Below are positions 1 to 7,953 of a stretch of 38,474 nucleotides of DNA, in pieces. A model generated the notes under the pieces. It ran no database searches. It had not been told where the DNA came from and saw only the letters and a list, made by a program, of their open reading frames with translations. This DNA is from a virus. Its lineage: Duplodnaviria; Caudoviricetes. The stretch spans positions 1-38,474 of the IMG/VR virus record IMGVR_UViG_3300015203_000016; one strand, 5' to 3'. Both the position numbers and the translations under genes were made by a program. Position 1 is the stretch's first letter. Every line of letters begins with the position of its first letter.

Positions 1-242
1 CAGCCGTGACCTTGTCGTACTCGGCCCACGCCGGAGCCGTGACCTTGGCGTACTCGGCCCACGCCGCAGCCGTGACCTTGTCGTACTCGGCCCGCGCCGC
101 AGCCGTGACCTTGTCGTACTCGGCCCACGCCGCAGCCGTGACCTTGGCGTACTCGGCCCACGCCGCAGCCGTGACCTTGTCGTACTCGGCCCGCGCCGCA
201 GCCGTGACCTTGTCGTACTCGGCCCGCGCCGCAGCCGTGACC
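1..242. repeat. 33-bp tandem repeat, 7 full units plus a partial unit
   Basis: unit cagccgtgaccttgtcgtactcggcccacgccg with few substitutions; no spacers. Confidence 0.97.
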
Positions 243-442
243 GGACGCATGAGTCGGAGTCGAAGCGCCTGCTCCTTCTTTGGCTTGTCGCTGAGGATGT
301 AGGCGATCCGGTTCTCGATTGGCTCGGCCAGCTCCTCGGCCACCGTCTCGTGGTGGATGTGGACACCGGCCGTGGCCTTCGGCATGGCAGCCCACGCCGC
401 CCGACAGGCGGCGGCTTCCTTGGCGATGGATTGGAGCTTCAT
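1..442 (-). CDS. 11-aa repeat protein, N-terminal part (continues across the contig junction into 38308-38474)
   Basis: ATG at 442 with GGGAG upstream; reads MKLQSIAKEAAACRAAWAAMPKATAGVHIHHETVAEELAEPIENRIAYILSDKPKKEQALRLRLMRPVT then A(A/P)A(W/R)AEY(D/A)KVT repeats, open to the window edge; not in the ORF track because it has no stop in this segment. Confidence 0.75.
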   Translation of the reverse strand, partial: MKLQSIAKEAAACRAAWAAMPKATAGVHIHHETVAEELAEPIENRIAYILSDKPKKEQALRLRLMRPVTAAARAEYDKVTAAARAEYDKVTAAAWAEYAKVTAAAWAEYDKVTAAARAEYDKVTAAAWAEYAKVTAPAWAEYDKVTA

Positions 443-494
443 CGACACACTCCCGTGCTGCTATCTGTGAAGGTCTTGCCCGAGATCGGCAGGC

Positions 495-713
495 TCACGG
501 CTTGGTATTCCCGGAGAGGGCGGCGCGGGCCTGTTCGAGCGCGGCGTCTAGTTCGACTCGCCCGCACTCGCAGCGGATGACGGGCGGATCGCCAGCCTTC
601 CAGCCAGCCGCCGCCGTCCTGATCTCGCAGCGCCAGTCGTGGTCATAGCGAGGCGAGTACCCGGCCGCGTCACATACGAGTTGTTCCAGCGCCACGCGCA
701 CGGCGTCGCTCAT
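495..713 (-). CDS. hypothetical small early protein (Cys/His-containing)
   Basis: ATG 713 overlaps the upstream stop (ATGA); GGAGGAG SD; MSDAVRVALEQLVC...HDWRC...CECG...RAALSGNTKP. Confidence 0.7.
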   Translation of the reverse strand: MSDAVRVALEQLVCDAAGYSPRYDHDWRCEIRTAAAGWKAGDPPVIRCECGRVELDAALEQARAALSGNTKP

Positions 714-1027
714 CGGGGCTCCTCCTGTGACCCGAGGGCGGCGCGCCACGCTTCGACGGGAGCGACCAGCCGGTCGAGGATGAACCCGTGGTCGGGGTCG
801 CCCATCCAGTCGTTCGCCACGGTCACGGCGACTCGACCGACCTCTTGGAGCAGCGCGTCGAGGGCTGGTACTGGTAGGGCAGCCCCGGCTTCGATCCGCA
901 AGATGTGATCGGCTAGGTATTCGGGACTGATCTCAACCACGGGATAGGCGGGGGTCGTAATGTCACGGGTCATCGCCAGCAGCGCCCGTCCGGCCTCGGT
1001 TCGCGGTTCGGGTCGTTCAGCGGTCAT
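710..1027 (-). CDS. modular small early protein (EPRTEAGRAL / AALPVPALDAL / AALGSQE family)
   Basis: GGAGG SD, ATG 1027; shares DNA modules with genes at 36949-38307. Confidence 0.8.
   Translation of the reverse strand: MTAERPEPRTEAGRALLAMTRDITTPAYPVVEISPEYLADHILRIEAGAALPVPALDALLQEVGRVAVTVANDWMGDPDHGFILDRLVAPVEAWRAALGSQEEPR
720..741. repeat. gene-junction module C (AALGSQE, contains SD), identical to 38021-38042
   Basis: tcctcctgtgacccgagggcgg at both loci. Confidence 0.9.
851..895. repeat. intragenic module B (AALPVPALDAL) copy 1 of 4
   Basis: core gggctggtactggtagggcagcc also within 37623-37656, 37876-37903 and 38158-38202. Confidence 0.92.
980..1010. repeat. gene-start module A (EPRTEAGRAL), 30/31 identical to 37234-37264
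   Basis: cagcgcccgtcc(g/c)gcctcggttcgcggttcg. Confidence 0.88.
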
Positions 1028-1280
1028 CGGAGCCTCCAAACTGCGCGAGATAGTCTAGGAGGATCGGGCGCGCCTCGCGGCCGTGCTCGGTCTTCCACTG
1101 GTGATGCCCGACGCACAGGGCCGCGAGGTTGTCCTCGGTCGTCCGCGACTTCAGCCCGAGTCCCCCGGAGGCCCGGACGTGATCCAGCGTTAGCCGCCCG
1201 ACACATTCCCCCGGAAGCCTGCGGAAGCCGACGCAACCCTGATCCCGTTCGAGGATGGCGAGGCGGAGCTCAGCGTCCAC
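1017..1280 (-). CDS. small HNH endonuclease
   Basis: RDQGC...C...LDHV...NLAALCVGHH; start uncertain (GTG 1280 or upstream to 1331). Confidence 0.85.
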   Translation of the reverse strand: MDAELRLAILERDQGCVGFRRLPGECVGRLTLDHVRASGGLGLKSRTTEDNLAALCVGHHQWKTEHGREARPILLDYLAQFGGSDDR

Positions 1281-1407
1281 GATGGTTCCGGTGCCACGCG
1301 TCCTCGCGGCGCTGGTGTTCCTCCCACGCATCGGCCGCGAGGCCGCCCGCGAAGAGGAGGAGGCAGCCGACGCCCACGATGAGCAGGATCACGGCCCAGT
1401 CGCTCAT
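1270..1407 (-). CDS. small membrane protein
   Basis: MSDWAVILLIVGVGCLLLFAGGLAA hydrophobic helix; ATGA overlap with the upstream gene. Confidence 0.6.
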   Translation of the reverse strand: MSDWAVILLIVGVGCLLLFAGGLAADAWEEHQRREDAWHRNHRGR

Positions 1408-1616
1408 CGATTGCCGTCCAGTAGCCGGTGCTCGGCCTCGGTGATCCTGATCCAGCGGATCGCGGAGCCCGGCGCGTACTTCGAGACGAGGTGCGCCACG
1501 GCCCCCTCGTCCTGCGCCCGGAGGGTGAGGTTGCCGGGAAGGGCCACGGCCCACTCGCGGGCGATGTCATTCCAAGTGGCCTCGATGGTCGGCATCGTGC
1601 GGATCGAGGGGGTCAT
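1404..1616 (-). CDS. hypothetical protein
   Basis: ATG 1616 overlapping the upstream TGA; MTPSIRTMPTIEATWNDIAREW. Confidence 0.6.
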   Translation of the reverse strand: MTPSIRTMPTIEATWNDIAREWAVALPGNLTLRAQDEGAVAHLVSKYAPGSAIRWIRITEAEHRLLDGNR

Positions 1617-1786
1617 AGCGGCATGACCTTCGCGGGCAGCCCGATCCGGTCCATGCGCTTCCGCCACTCCGGGCGGGCATCCGTGAAGCCCCACGTGTGG
1701 CTCCCCCGTCGATGCTGGTCGTGCTCCGGGGTCGCCGGCAGCTCGCAGCGGTCGCCTCGGAACGTGTCGTTACAGCGGCGGTTCAT
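1613..1786 (-). CDS. hypothetical 57-aa protein (C..C..H..H)
   Basis: read by hand: MNRRCNDTFRGDRCELPATPEHDQHRRGSHTWGFTD...; ATGA overlaps at both ends. Confidence 0.6.
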   Translation of the reverse strand: MNRRCNDTFRGDRCELPATPEHDQHRRGSHTWGFTDARPEWRKRMDRIGLPAKVMPL

Positions 1787-1956
1787 GCTTGGTCCCCTTT
1801 CGTCTTGACCTCGGTCCGGTACCGCTCGACTTCCTCGGGCGCGACGTACCAGTCCCGAGACACCTTCCGTGCCCGGAGGCGTCCGTTCCTGATCTGGTGC
1901 CGAAGGGTCGCGGGCTTGAGCCCGAGACTCGCGGCGGCTTCCTGAAGGGTCATCAC
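1783..1956 (-). CDS. helix-turn-helix DNA-binding protein (excisionase/HTH_17-like), probably leaderless
   Basis: MTLQEAAASLGLKPATLRHQIRNGRLRARKVSRDWYVAPEEVERY; GTG 7 nt after the -10 box. Confidence 0.85.
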   Translation of the reverse strand: MMTLQEAAASLGLKPATLRHQIRNGRLRARKVSRDWYVAPEEVERYRTEVKTKGDQA

Positions 1957-1963
1957 GGCAGTC

Positions 1964-1992
1964 ATCCTATACACGGTGCGTGTACACGTCAA
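1964..1992 (-). promoter_or_regulatory. sigma70-type early promoter with an operator-like inverted repeat
   Basis: TTGACG-17 bp-TAGGAT; spacer holds TACAC-N5-GTGTA (1970-1984) and the palindrome cgtgtacacg (1979-1988). Confidence 0.75.
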
Positions 1993-1996
1993 CCGG

Positions 1997-2242
1997 ATGG
2001 TCGTCCCCTGCTGCCGCGAGTGCAACTCCCTAGCGGGCGCCGTCTATGACCATACCCTAGGAGACAGGCGCCGACGGATCGCCCGGAAGTTCGCCCGACG
2101 CTACCGCCGGAAGATCGAGATGCCGGATTGGTCTGACACGGAACTGATGTCCCTCCGCGACTCGTTACGGGGCTATGTGCTCTGGGGACTGCGAGAACGG
2201 GAAGTCGCCCGTCGCCGACTGAAGGCGCTCCAGCGCGGATGA
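1997..2242 (+). pseudogene. 5'-truncated HNH-type endonuclease remnant
   Basis: VVPCCRECNSLAG plus a helical tail resembles the C-terminal half of an HNH; the CxxC/DH first half is absent, replaced by the divergent promoter. Confidence 0.55.
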
Positions 2243-2246
2243 GGGC

Positions 2247-2290
2247 AACAGAAAGGCCCCGTCCTGCCACGGGGGCAACAGGACGGGGCC
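2247..2290 (-). terminator. intrinsic terminator of the late/lysis operon
   Basis: 12-bp stem ggccccgtcctg (2255-2266)/caggacggggcc (2279-2290), followed on the minus strand by TTTCTGTT. Confidence 0.8.
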
Positions 2291-2305
2291 GGGCACTGGG
2301 AGAGG

Positions 2306-2608
2306 CTACGGGGCGGGCGGAGCCGTGACGGGGACCGGCGCCTGATCCGCTGCCGGGGGGGTCGCCACGGTCGTGACGTAGTTGGGTTGGCCCTTCGGGG
2401 TGACGGTCGTGAAGGTGTCGCCGATGTTGAGGCTCGGAGGCTGGTTGGCGATCAGCGCCACGAGAGCGCCGAAGGCGAGCGTCACCGCGCCGACCGCGGC
2501 GGAGGGGATGACGATGGGATTGGGGAGCACGCCGAGGATGACCACGACGGCACCGAGGAGCGCCGTGAACGCGCCGACGATGAGGTTGGTCGGCCTACCG
2601 AGGATCAT
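2306..2608 (-). CDS. holin-like membrane protein
   Basis: two TM helices, GGGAGGG SD, downstream of the endolysin. Confidence 0.65.
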   Translation of the reverse strand: MILGRPTNLIVGAFTALLGAVVVILGVLPNPIVIPSAAVGAVTLAFGALVALIANQPPSLNIGDTFTTVTPKGQPNYVTTVATPPAADQAPVPVTAPPAP

Positions 2609-2617
2609 GATCCCTCC

Positions 2618-2818
2618 CTATGGGGTGAGCGTCGTGCGCCCGGTGAAGAATGAGTAGAGGGCAGCCAGGAGTCCGAGGACCCACGCCCACTGAACGAGGA
2701 ACGACCCGATCGTGACGACGAACGGGATGCCGATGGTGGCGAGCAGGCTGCCCAGCAGCAGGCACACCAGCCCGACCACGACGCCGATGACGACGGCGAC
2801 AACGAGGCGATTGAGCAT
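2618..2818 (-). CDS. holin-like membrane protein
   Basis: 66 aa, two hydrophobic helices, GGGAGGG SD, directly after the endolysin. Confidence 0.7.
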   Translation of the reverse strand: MLNRLVVAVVIGVVVGLVCLLLGSLLATIGIPFVVTIGSFLVQWAWVLGLLAALYSFFTGRTTLTP

Positions 2819-2829
2819 CTGTTCCCTCC

Positions 2830-3840
2830 CTAGACCGGCTTGACGGATAACGCGGCCTGTTGGACCGCACTGATCCCGGCGTTGTACCCGTTCTTGCGGG
2901 CCGTCTCGATGGCCGCCGGGTCCGCTGTCAACGGAGGCCGAGGGCGATAGTTTGTCATGTGATCCTGGCCGACGTAGACGAGCGCCCGGGCGTTCGGCGG
3001 GGTCGGCTCGTAGAGGTTGACGCAGACGTTCGGTGACGCGAAGTGCTGCGCGTTCGCGGTATCGAGCCCGACCACCCCGATCGAGACGCCGCCGCCCCAG
3101 TTCGCCTCGAAGACGACCGTCCGCGCGGCATCCCGGTAGACCGTCGCGCCGGGCGTGAAGTCGGCTACCCCGCTGGTGAGGATGGACGGATCGAGCTGCA
3201 CTTCTACCTCCATGCCCGCGAGGGCCTTCAGTTCATCGAGCGTGCCCCGGAACGCATCGAGGTCCACGTTGCCCGCGATCCCCGGAACCGCGCCCTTGGA
3301 GCCGTACTGCCAGATCGTGGGTCCGGTCCAGCCGTTGAAGCCCCGCGTCCACTGCGCCGCTGCGTCTCCTCCGCGCCCGGCGTAGACCGACGCAGGATCA
3401 CCCGCGGCGTTCGCGCCGTAGTCCGCCAGCCACAGCGGCCCATCCGCGGAGGTCGTGGTCTTGCCGAGCGGCCCGTACCGGCCGCCGTACATGAGCAGCG
3501 TCCGGGTGTCGAGGGAGCGCCATCGGGCGACGAACGCGTCCACGTCGGCGGTCGTCGGGGTATTGGTGGGGTCCTCGATGTCGAGCATGACGATCCCCGG
3601 CCCGGCGATGTCGTGGAAATGGTCGGCCTGCGCTGCGGCTGCGCCGGCGATGAGCCAGTGGTAGGAGCCGGGGATCAGTCCGGCTGCCGGGATGGCCGCG
3701 GCGTTGGCCGCGTACTTCGGGTCGATGTACCCGGTGCCTTCCGTAGCCTTCGCCACGACGAACGTGATCCCCGAACCCGCGACCTGCGCGTAGTTCGGAA
3801 GCCCCTGGTACATCGCCACGTCGAGGCCGAAGAGCGTCAT
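2830..3840 (-). CDS. endolysin, GH25 lysozyme with a C-terminal domain
   Basis: GLDVAMYQG, KATEG, GSYH, LDIE, WLADY, IWQY, GNVDLD. Confidence 0.93.
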   Translation of the reverse strand: MTLFGLDVAMYQGLPNYAQVAGSGITFVVAKATEGTGYIDPKYAANAAAIPAAGLIPGSYHWLIAGAAAAQADHFHDIAGPGIVMLDIEDPTNTPTTADVDAFVARWRSLDTRTLLMYGGRYGPLGKTTTSADGPLWLADYGANAAGDPASVYAGRGGDAAAQWTRGFNGWTGPTIWQYGSKGAVPGIAGNVDLDAFRGTLDELKALAGMEVEVQLDPSILTSGVADFTPGATVYRDAARTVVFEANWGGGVSIGVVGLDTANAQHFASPNVCVNLYEPTPPNARALVYVGQDHMTNYRPRPPLTADPAAIETARKNGYNAGISAVQQAALSVKPV

Positions 3841-3841
3841 G

Positions 3842-4024
3842 TCAATCTCCCCACAGTAACCAGACGAGCATAGCGATCCCGACCACCGCGCAACAGACGA
3901 TGAGGAGGACCGCCGCGCCGATCATGGCCGTGTGGTCCGGCGGCGCCGTGACGACCGGGCACCGATACCACAGGCCCTCGTAGCCGGGGCAGGTGTACGG
4001 TGGGAAGTCCGGTGCCGGTGACAT
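3842..4024 (-). CDS. small membrane protein
   Basis: C-terminal hydrophobic helix; fills the gap in the lysis region. Confidence 0.55.
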   Translation of the reverse strand: MSPAPDFPPYTCPGYEGLWYRCPVVTAPPDHTAMIGAAVLLIVCCAVVGIAMLVWLLWGD

Positions 4025-4522
4025 TCACGGATGCGCCGCGACGTAGGTGGCGATGGCGAGGAGGACCCCGATGATCGAGGCCGCGAGGAGGATCGTCACC
4101 CGGAGGTCACTGAAGACCGTCCGGGTCGTGCGCCGCTCGACCTCCGCCCCGATCCGGGCGTCCTTCAGCGGCTCGATCTTCTCCGAGAGCCGGTCGTTGA
4201 CGGCGGAGACCCGCTGGTCGAGGGTCCTCGCCAGCACTTCGATCCGGTCTTCGAGGGCGCCGTGCTTCGCCTCGTACTCCGTCCGCGTGAGCATCCGCGC
4301 CGAGAGGTCGTTGAGGGTCTGGCGCCACTCGTTGCTGCTCACCTTGTATTCCCGCAGCGACTCGCGGAGTTCGATGTGGAGCGCGTCGTGCGCCTTCCAC
4401 CGCTCGTCATCGAGGGTCCAATGGCCGTCCATCCGCTCTCTGAGCTCGTCCCTCGCGTGGTCGATCCGCTCGGTGAGCAGCGCCGCCAAACCCCCGAGGT
4501 GGGCATCGTCAGGCTCAGGCAC
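4025..4522 (-). CDS. coiled-coil protein with a C-terminal membrane anchor (lysis region)
   Basis: heptad-rich body plus TILLAASIIGVLLAIATYV; GAGGAG SD. Confidence 0.75.
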   Translation of the reverse strand: MPEPDDAHLGGLAALLTERIDHARDELRERMDGHWTLDDERWKAHDALHIELRESLREYKVSSNEWRQTLNDLSARMLTRTEYEAKHGALEDRIEVLARTLDQRVSAVNDRLSEKIEPLKDARIGAEVERRTTRTVFSDLRVTILLAASIIGVLLAIATYVAAHP

Positions 4523-4573
4523 GTCATCTCCTCGAAGAGATAGTAGGACCGGCGAGGATCGACCAGTCGAAGG

Positions 4574-5635
4574 TCATGTGATCGACGTGTAGCCGTTGTT
4601 CGTGCATTCACCGCCGACGACCAGGCGGGTCATCGAGCTGGAGTTGATCGCCTTCGCCGGGGCCGGGACGACGTTCGTGGCGAAGGCAATCTGGTTGATG
4701 ATGACGTCGTGGTTGCCTGAGAGATTGAAGGCGTAGCCGGCCGTGGGCGAATACATCGCCATCTCGATGTTGCTGAACATCTGCGACCCCCACTCTCCCG
4801 TCGATCGGATGGCGTCGATCCCCCAAGCCTCCATAGCGCAGTTCGAGACAACGAGCGAGGATGTTGAGCCATCGCCCACGATGTCGAGGTAACGGTCGCA
4901 CAGCCCGATGGTGGCAATGAAGTTGCAGGCCGTGATCTTCCCGCCGCCCGACGACTCCAGGCGGATGAACGCCGCCGTCGCATAGCTGCGGCTGTAGGTC
5001 AGGAAGTAGCAGTTGTTGATCGACCACATACCCCAGTCGGGGTTCGAGAGGTTGCGGATGCGGATGCCGTAGCGGACGGCGTTGAAGAAGCGGCACTTGA
5101 GGAACGTCCAGAACGTCCCTCCCTGCTGGTCCACGTTGTCGTAGAAGCCGTCCACCATGACGTTCGTGAGGTCGAGTACGCCCTTCTGGTCGATCGTCGC
5201 GGCGCGGGTGTAGGCGATCCCGGCCCCGGCTGTTGGGGTCGTAGCGTTGTTGTTGCGGATCACGAGATCCTCGATGAGGAGATCGGCGCTCGTGATCGTG
5301 AAGGCGGTCCCGGTCCCGGTGTCGTACTGGATGACGGTCGAACCCAGTCTTCCGGCCCCTGTGTCCTGGCCGGGGATGACCCCAGCGCCGAAGATCATGC
5401 CGGACGAGGTGATCGTCGTGAGGTTGCTCGTGATCTTGTAGTGGCCGGTCGGGAAGTAGAGGGGCACGGCGGGCGAGGCCGAGTTGAACTGCGCGATGGC
5501 CGCGTTGATCGCAGCCGTGTCGTCGTGCGAGTTGTCCCCGACGGCGCCGTAGTCCTTGACGTTGATGATCGGGATGCCGCTCACGGCAGTGAAACCTCCG
5601 CCACCAGCGAGCATGAGGAGCTTGCGAAGGGACAC
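4574..5635 (-). CDS. tailspike / beta-helix depolymerase (pectate_lyase_3-like)
   Basis: INVKDYGAVGD..DDTAAINAAI..LYFPTGHYKI followed by parallel beta-helix repeats. Confidence 0.85.
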   Translation of the reverse strand: MSLRKLLMLAGGGGFTAVSGIPIINVKDYGAVGDNSHDDTAAINAAIAQFNSASPAVPLYFPTGHYKITSNLTTITSSGMIFGAGVIPGQDTGAGRLGSTVIQYDTGTGTAFTITSADLLIEDLVIRNNNATTPTAGAGIAYTRAATIDQKGVLDLTNVMVDGFYDNVDQQGGTFWTFLKCRFFNAVRYGIRIRNLSNPDWGMWSINNCYFLTYSRSYATAAFIRLESSGGGKITACNFIATIGLCDRYLDIVGDGSTSSLVVSNCAMEAWGIDAIRSTGEWGSQMFSNIEMAMYSPTAGYAFNLSGNHDVIINQIAFATNVVPAPAKAINSSSMTRLVVGGECTNNGYTSIT

Positions 5636-5637
5636 AT

Positions 5638-6603
5638 CTAGACCCCGACCAGGCGGTACGACATTGCCGCTGCGGGCGTGGAGAGCACGCCGGGTGAGAG
5701 CGTCTTGGCTGCCTCGAGCTGGACGATCGGATACGTCGCGGGGGTGTAAAGCGCCCCAATGGCCGTGACGGACTTGATAACCGTGTTCGCCGCGTCTGCG
5801 CTGGTGTTGTGCGTCGCAGGCGTCGAGGAGGTCGAGAAGTCGCTCTGATATTTGACGACGCTGACCGTCCAGAAGTTGGTGCCGTTATTCGTCGTCACGA
5901 CGTAGGTCGAGAGGTAGAAGTTAACGAGCCAGAGGTCGAAGTCAGCCGCCCACGGCGTCCAGCGTCCGATACTCGCAGCGGCCGAGAAGGCCGTCTGCGG
6001 CGCGACAGGCATCGTGAGGCTCTCCCGATAGAGCGTCGTCGAGAGCCAGCGCGTGCCGTCCCAATAGAACTCGAGCCCGAGGTCGGTCCGCCAGTAACGG
6101 TCGTTCGTAGCCTTGGAGGCCGGGAAAGCTGTGCCGGCGTTCCAGATCGGTACGCCGTTGCCCATCGCCACGACGCCGCCAGCCGCACCAGCCGCCAGCC
6201 GCGCCGGGGTCGAGCCTGACGACGAGTAGATCATGTCGGCAGTGGTCGTCATCGGGTTCGTCATGCCCGAGCCCGACACGGCGACCCACGTCCCCGGCGA
6301 CCCCGCGACGGTGCAGATGTAGATGCCGCCCGCCTGGGTGATGACAAAGTCACCGACCGCGAACGTGCCGGTCGTCGGGGCGACCGAGGCCGTGCCGCCG
6401 ACGTAGCGCGTCGCGGAGACGGCGCCCGTCAGCCCCAACGGCTGGCCGGTGGCGAGGCGGACGACGGACGACGAGTCCTTCCATTTGAGCAGGTGGTCCG
6501 CAGAGTCAACGTAAACTCGATCCTGCCCGGCAGCCGGTGCGGCGGGCGCACTCCCCTCGACAACGAGGACCGAAGGGAACGGGTTATTGCTGCCAATCGC
6601 CAT
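5638..6603 (-). CDS. tail fibre / minor tail protein
   Basis: G/S/T/A-rich; ICTVAGSPGTW, MTNPMTTTADMIY, YWDGTRWLS fibre motifs. Confidence 0.75.
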   Translation of the reverse strand: MAIGSNNPFPSVLVVEGSAPAAPAAGQDRVYVDSADHLLKWKDSSSVVRLATGQPLGLTGAVSATRYVGGTASVAPTTGTFAVGDFVITQAGGIYICTVAGSPGTWVAVSGSGMTNPMTTTADMIYSSSGSTPARLAAGAAGGVVAMGNGVPIWNAGTAFPASKATNDRYWRTDLGLEFYWDGTRWLSTTLYRESLTMPVAPQTAFSAAASIGRWTPWAADFDLWLVNFYLSTYVVTTNNGTNFWTVSVVKYQSDFSTSSTPATHNTSADAANTVIKSVTAIGALYTPATYPIVQLEAAKTLSPGVLSTPAAAMSYRLVGV

Positions 6604-6612
6604 CAGAGTCTC

Positions 6613-6882
6613 CTACAGGGCCACGTAGATATCGCAGGTCGTGATCCCTGCTGCCGTCATGTAGACATTTGTGCCATCGGCCGCTTGGCTCTCATAGACG
6701 AACGAGACACCACGCGGGCTGATGATGACCACCGTGGGCGTACCAGATAACCCGTGCGCGATTGTTGTCTGCGTGATCTGGATCGTCTGTGCTGTGAGCT
6801 TCGTCAACCCAGCTGCCGCCGGTCGTTGCGCGGATGTGAGGATACCGTCCCCTCCGAGCGTGGCGTACTGTCGTGTCGTCAT
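6613..6882 (-). CDS. small tail fibre-associated protein
   Basis: TTIAHGLSGTPTVVII motif, between fibre genes. Confidence 0.65.
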   Translation of the reverse strand: MTTRQYATLGGDGILTSAQRPAAAGLTKLTAQTIQITQTTIAHGLSGTPTVVIISPRGVSFVYESQAADGTNVYMTAAGITTCDIYVAL

Positions 6883-6885
6883 CGT

Positions 6886-7953
6886 CTAGCCGCCGTAAAG
6901 CCAATCTGTGCCGTTCTCAAGCGTCATGGGTTCCGGCGGAGAGACGATCCCGTCCACCATCAACACCTCACCACTACTCGCAGGCGCCGCCGGCATCCCG
7001 TGGAGGTGATCGCGCCGCGCTGCCTTGCCCGCCGAGCCCGTGGCCGCCGCATCCCCGAAGGCTTGCGTCGTCGGCACCGTGGCATCGAAAACCGCGATCG
7101 TCGCGTCAGTGAGAACGCCGGTCGTCGCGGAGCCCGTGCTGTTGGTCGTGGAGAACGTCAGGGCCGGAGTGCCACCAGCGACCCCCCCGCCCGCCCACGC
7201 CCAGACCCAGTTCGTCCCGCCGTCGATGCTCTCCATGATCGCCCGCTGCGTCGTTCCGAGGGTCGTGTCGTGCGTCCCCTGAACCGTCACGGAGCCCGCG
7301 AAGGCGACCGTCCAGCCGCCCGTCCCGTTCTCGGTGACCCAGAACTCCATCGAGGCCGACCCCGAGCCGACCGGAGCGCCCATTGTGATCGTCAGGTTCG
7401 CTGTCAAGGTCAGGGTGACGACGTTCCCGAGCGTCGGATCAACGGTGGTGGTCGCACCCACGGAACCGATGGGGTTGATCGTCTCCTGGCCGCCCTCGAT
7501 CGTCAGGACATACGTCCCGGCAGGGATGCCGCCCGATCCCCCGATGACTCGCCATCTCGCCGAGGTCAGGTCGTACTGGAGCCACACGTTGGTATCCGGG
7601 GAGAGTGCGAGGTCAACGTCGCCCGGCAGGAGGAAGCGGTTGGCCGCCGTCGAGGTGACGTTGTGCTTGAGCGTGATCGTGAACGTCCCGATGTTGTCGA
7701 GGATCAGGATGCGGTCCGTGACGGGAGCGACGATGCCGGTGAGGTTGTAGGCCGCCGAGGACGACAGACGGATGATGTCGGCGGTGCTGAGCCCGGTCGG
7801 GTTCCAGTTGTCGGTGTTCGCGGCGAGGGCCGTGGGGGTGATCGTGACCAGCGCGAGGGTCGTGAGCGAAGCGGTTCCGACCGCAGCTGTACCAGCCACG
7901 CGTCCCCGGACGATGGCGTGCGGGTGGTCCCAGCCGTAGTTGGCGACCTTCAT
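6886..7953 (-). CDS. tail fibre / minor tail protein
   Basis: ATG 7953 overlapping the upstream TGA; Thr/Gly-rich beta protein, ARRDHLHGMP motif. Confidence 0.75.
   Translation of the reverse strand: MKVANYGWDHPHAIVRGRVAGTAAVGTASLTTLALVTITPTALAANTDNWNPTGLSTADIIRLSSSAAYNLTGIVAPVTDRILILDNIGTFTITLKHNVTSTAANRFLLPGDVDLALSPDTNVWLQYDLTSARWRVIGGSGGIPAGTYVLTIEGGQETINPIGSVGATTTVDPTLGNVVTLTLTANLTITMGAPVGSGSASMEFWVTENGTGGWTVAFAGSVTVQGTHDTTLGTTQRAIMESIDGGTNWVWAWAGGGVAGGTPALTFSTTNSTGSATTGVLTDATIAVFDATVPTTQAFGDAAATGSAGKAARRDHLHGMPAAPASSGEVLMVDGIVSPPEPMTLENGTDWLYGG

Noticed and set aside
1-242. CRISPR array
   Set aside because: 33-bp units are contiguous with no unique spacers, encode an in-frame peptide repeat, and no cas genes are present
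6-302. plus-strand repeat ORF MTLSYSAHA...
   Set aside because: antisense shadow of the minus-strand repeat gene, which has an SD, operon context and non-repeat domains
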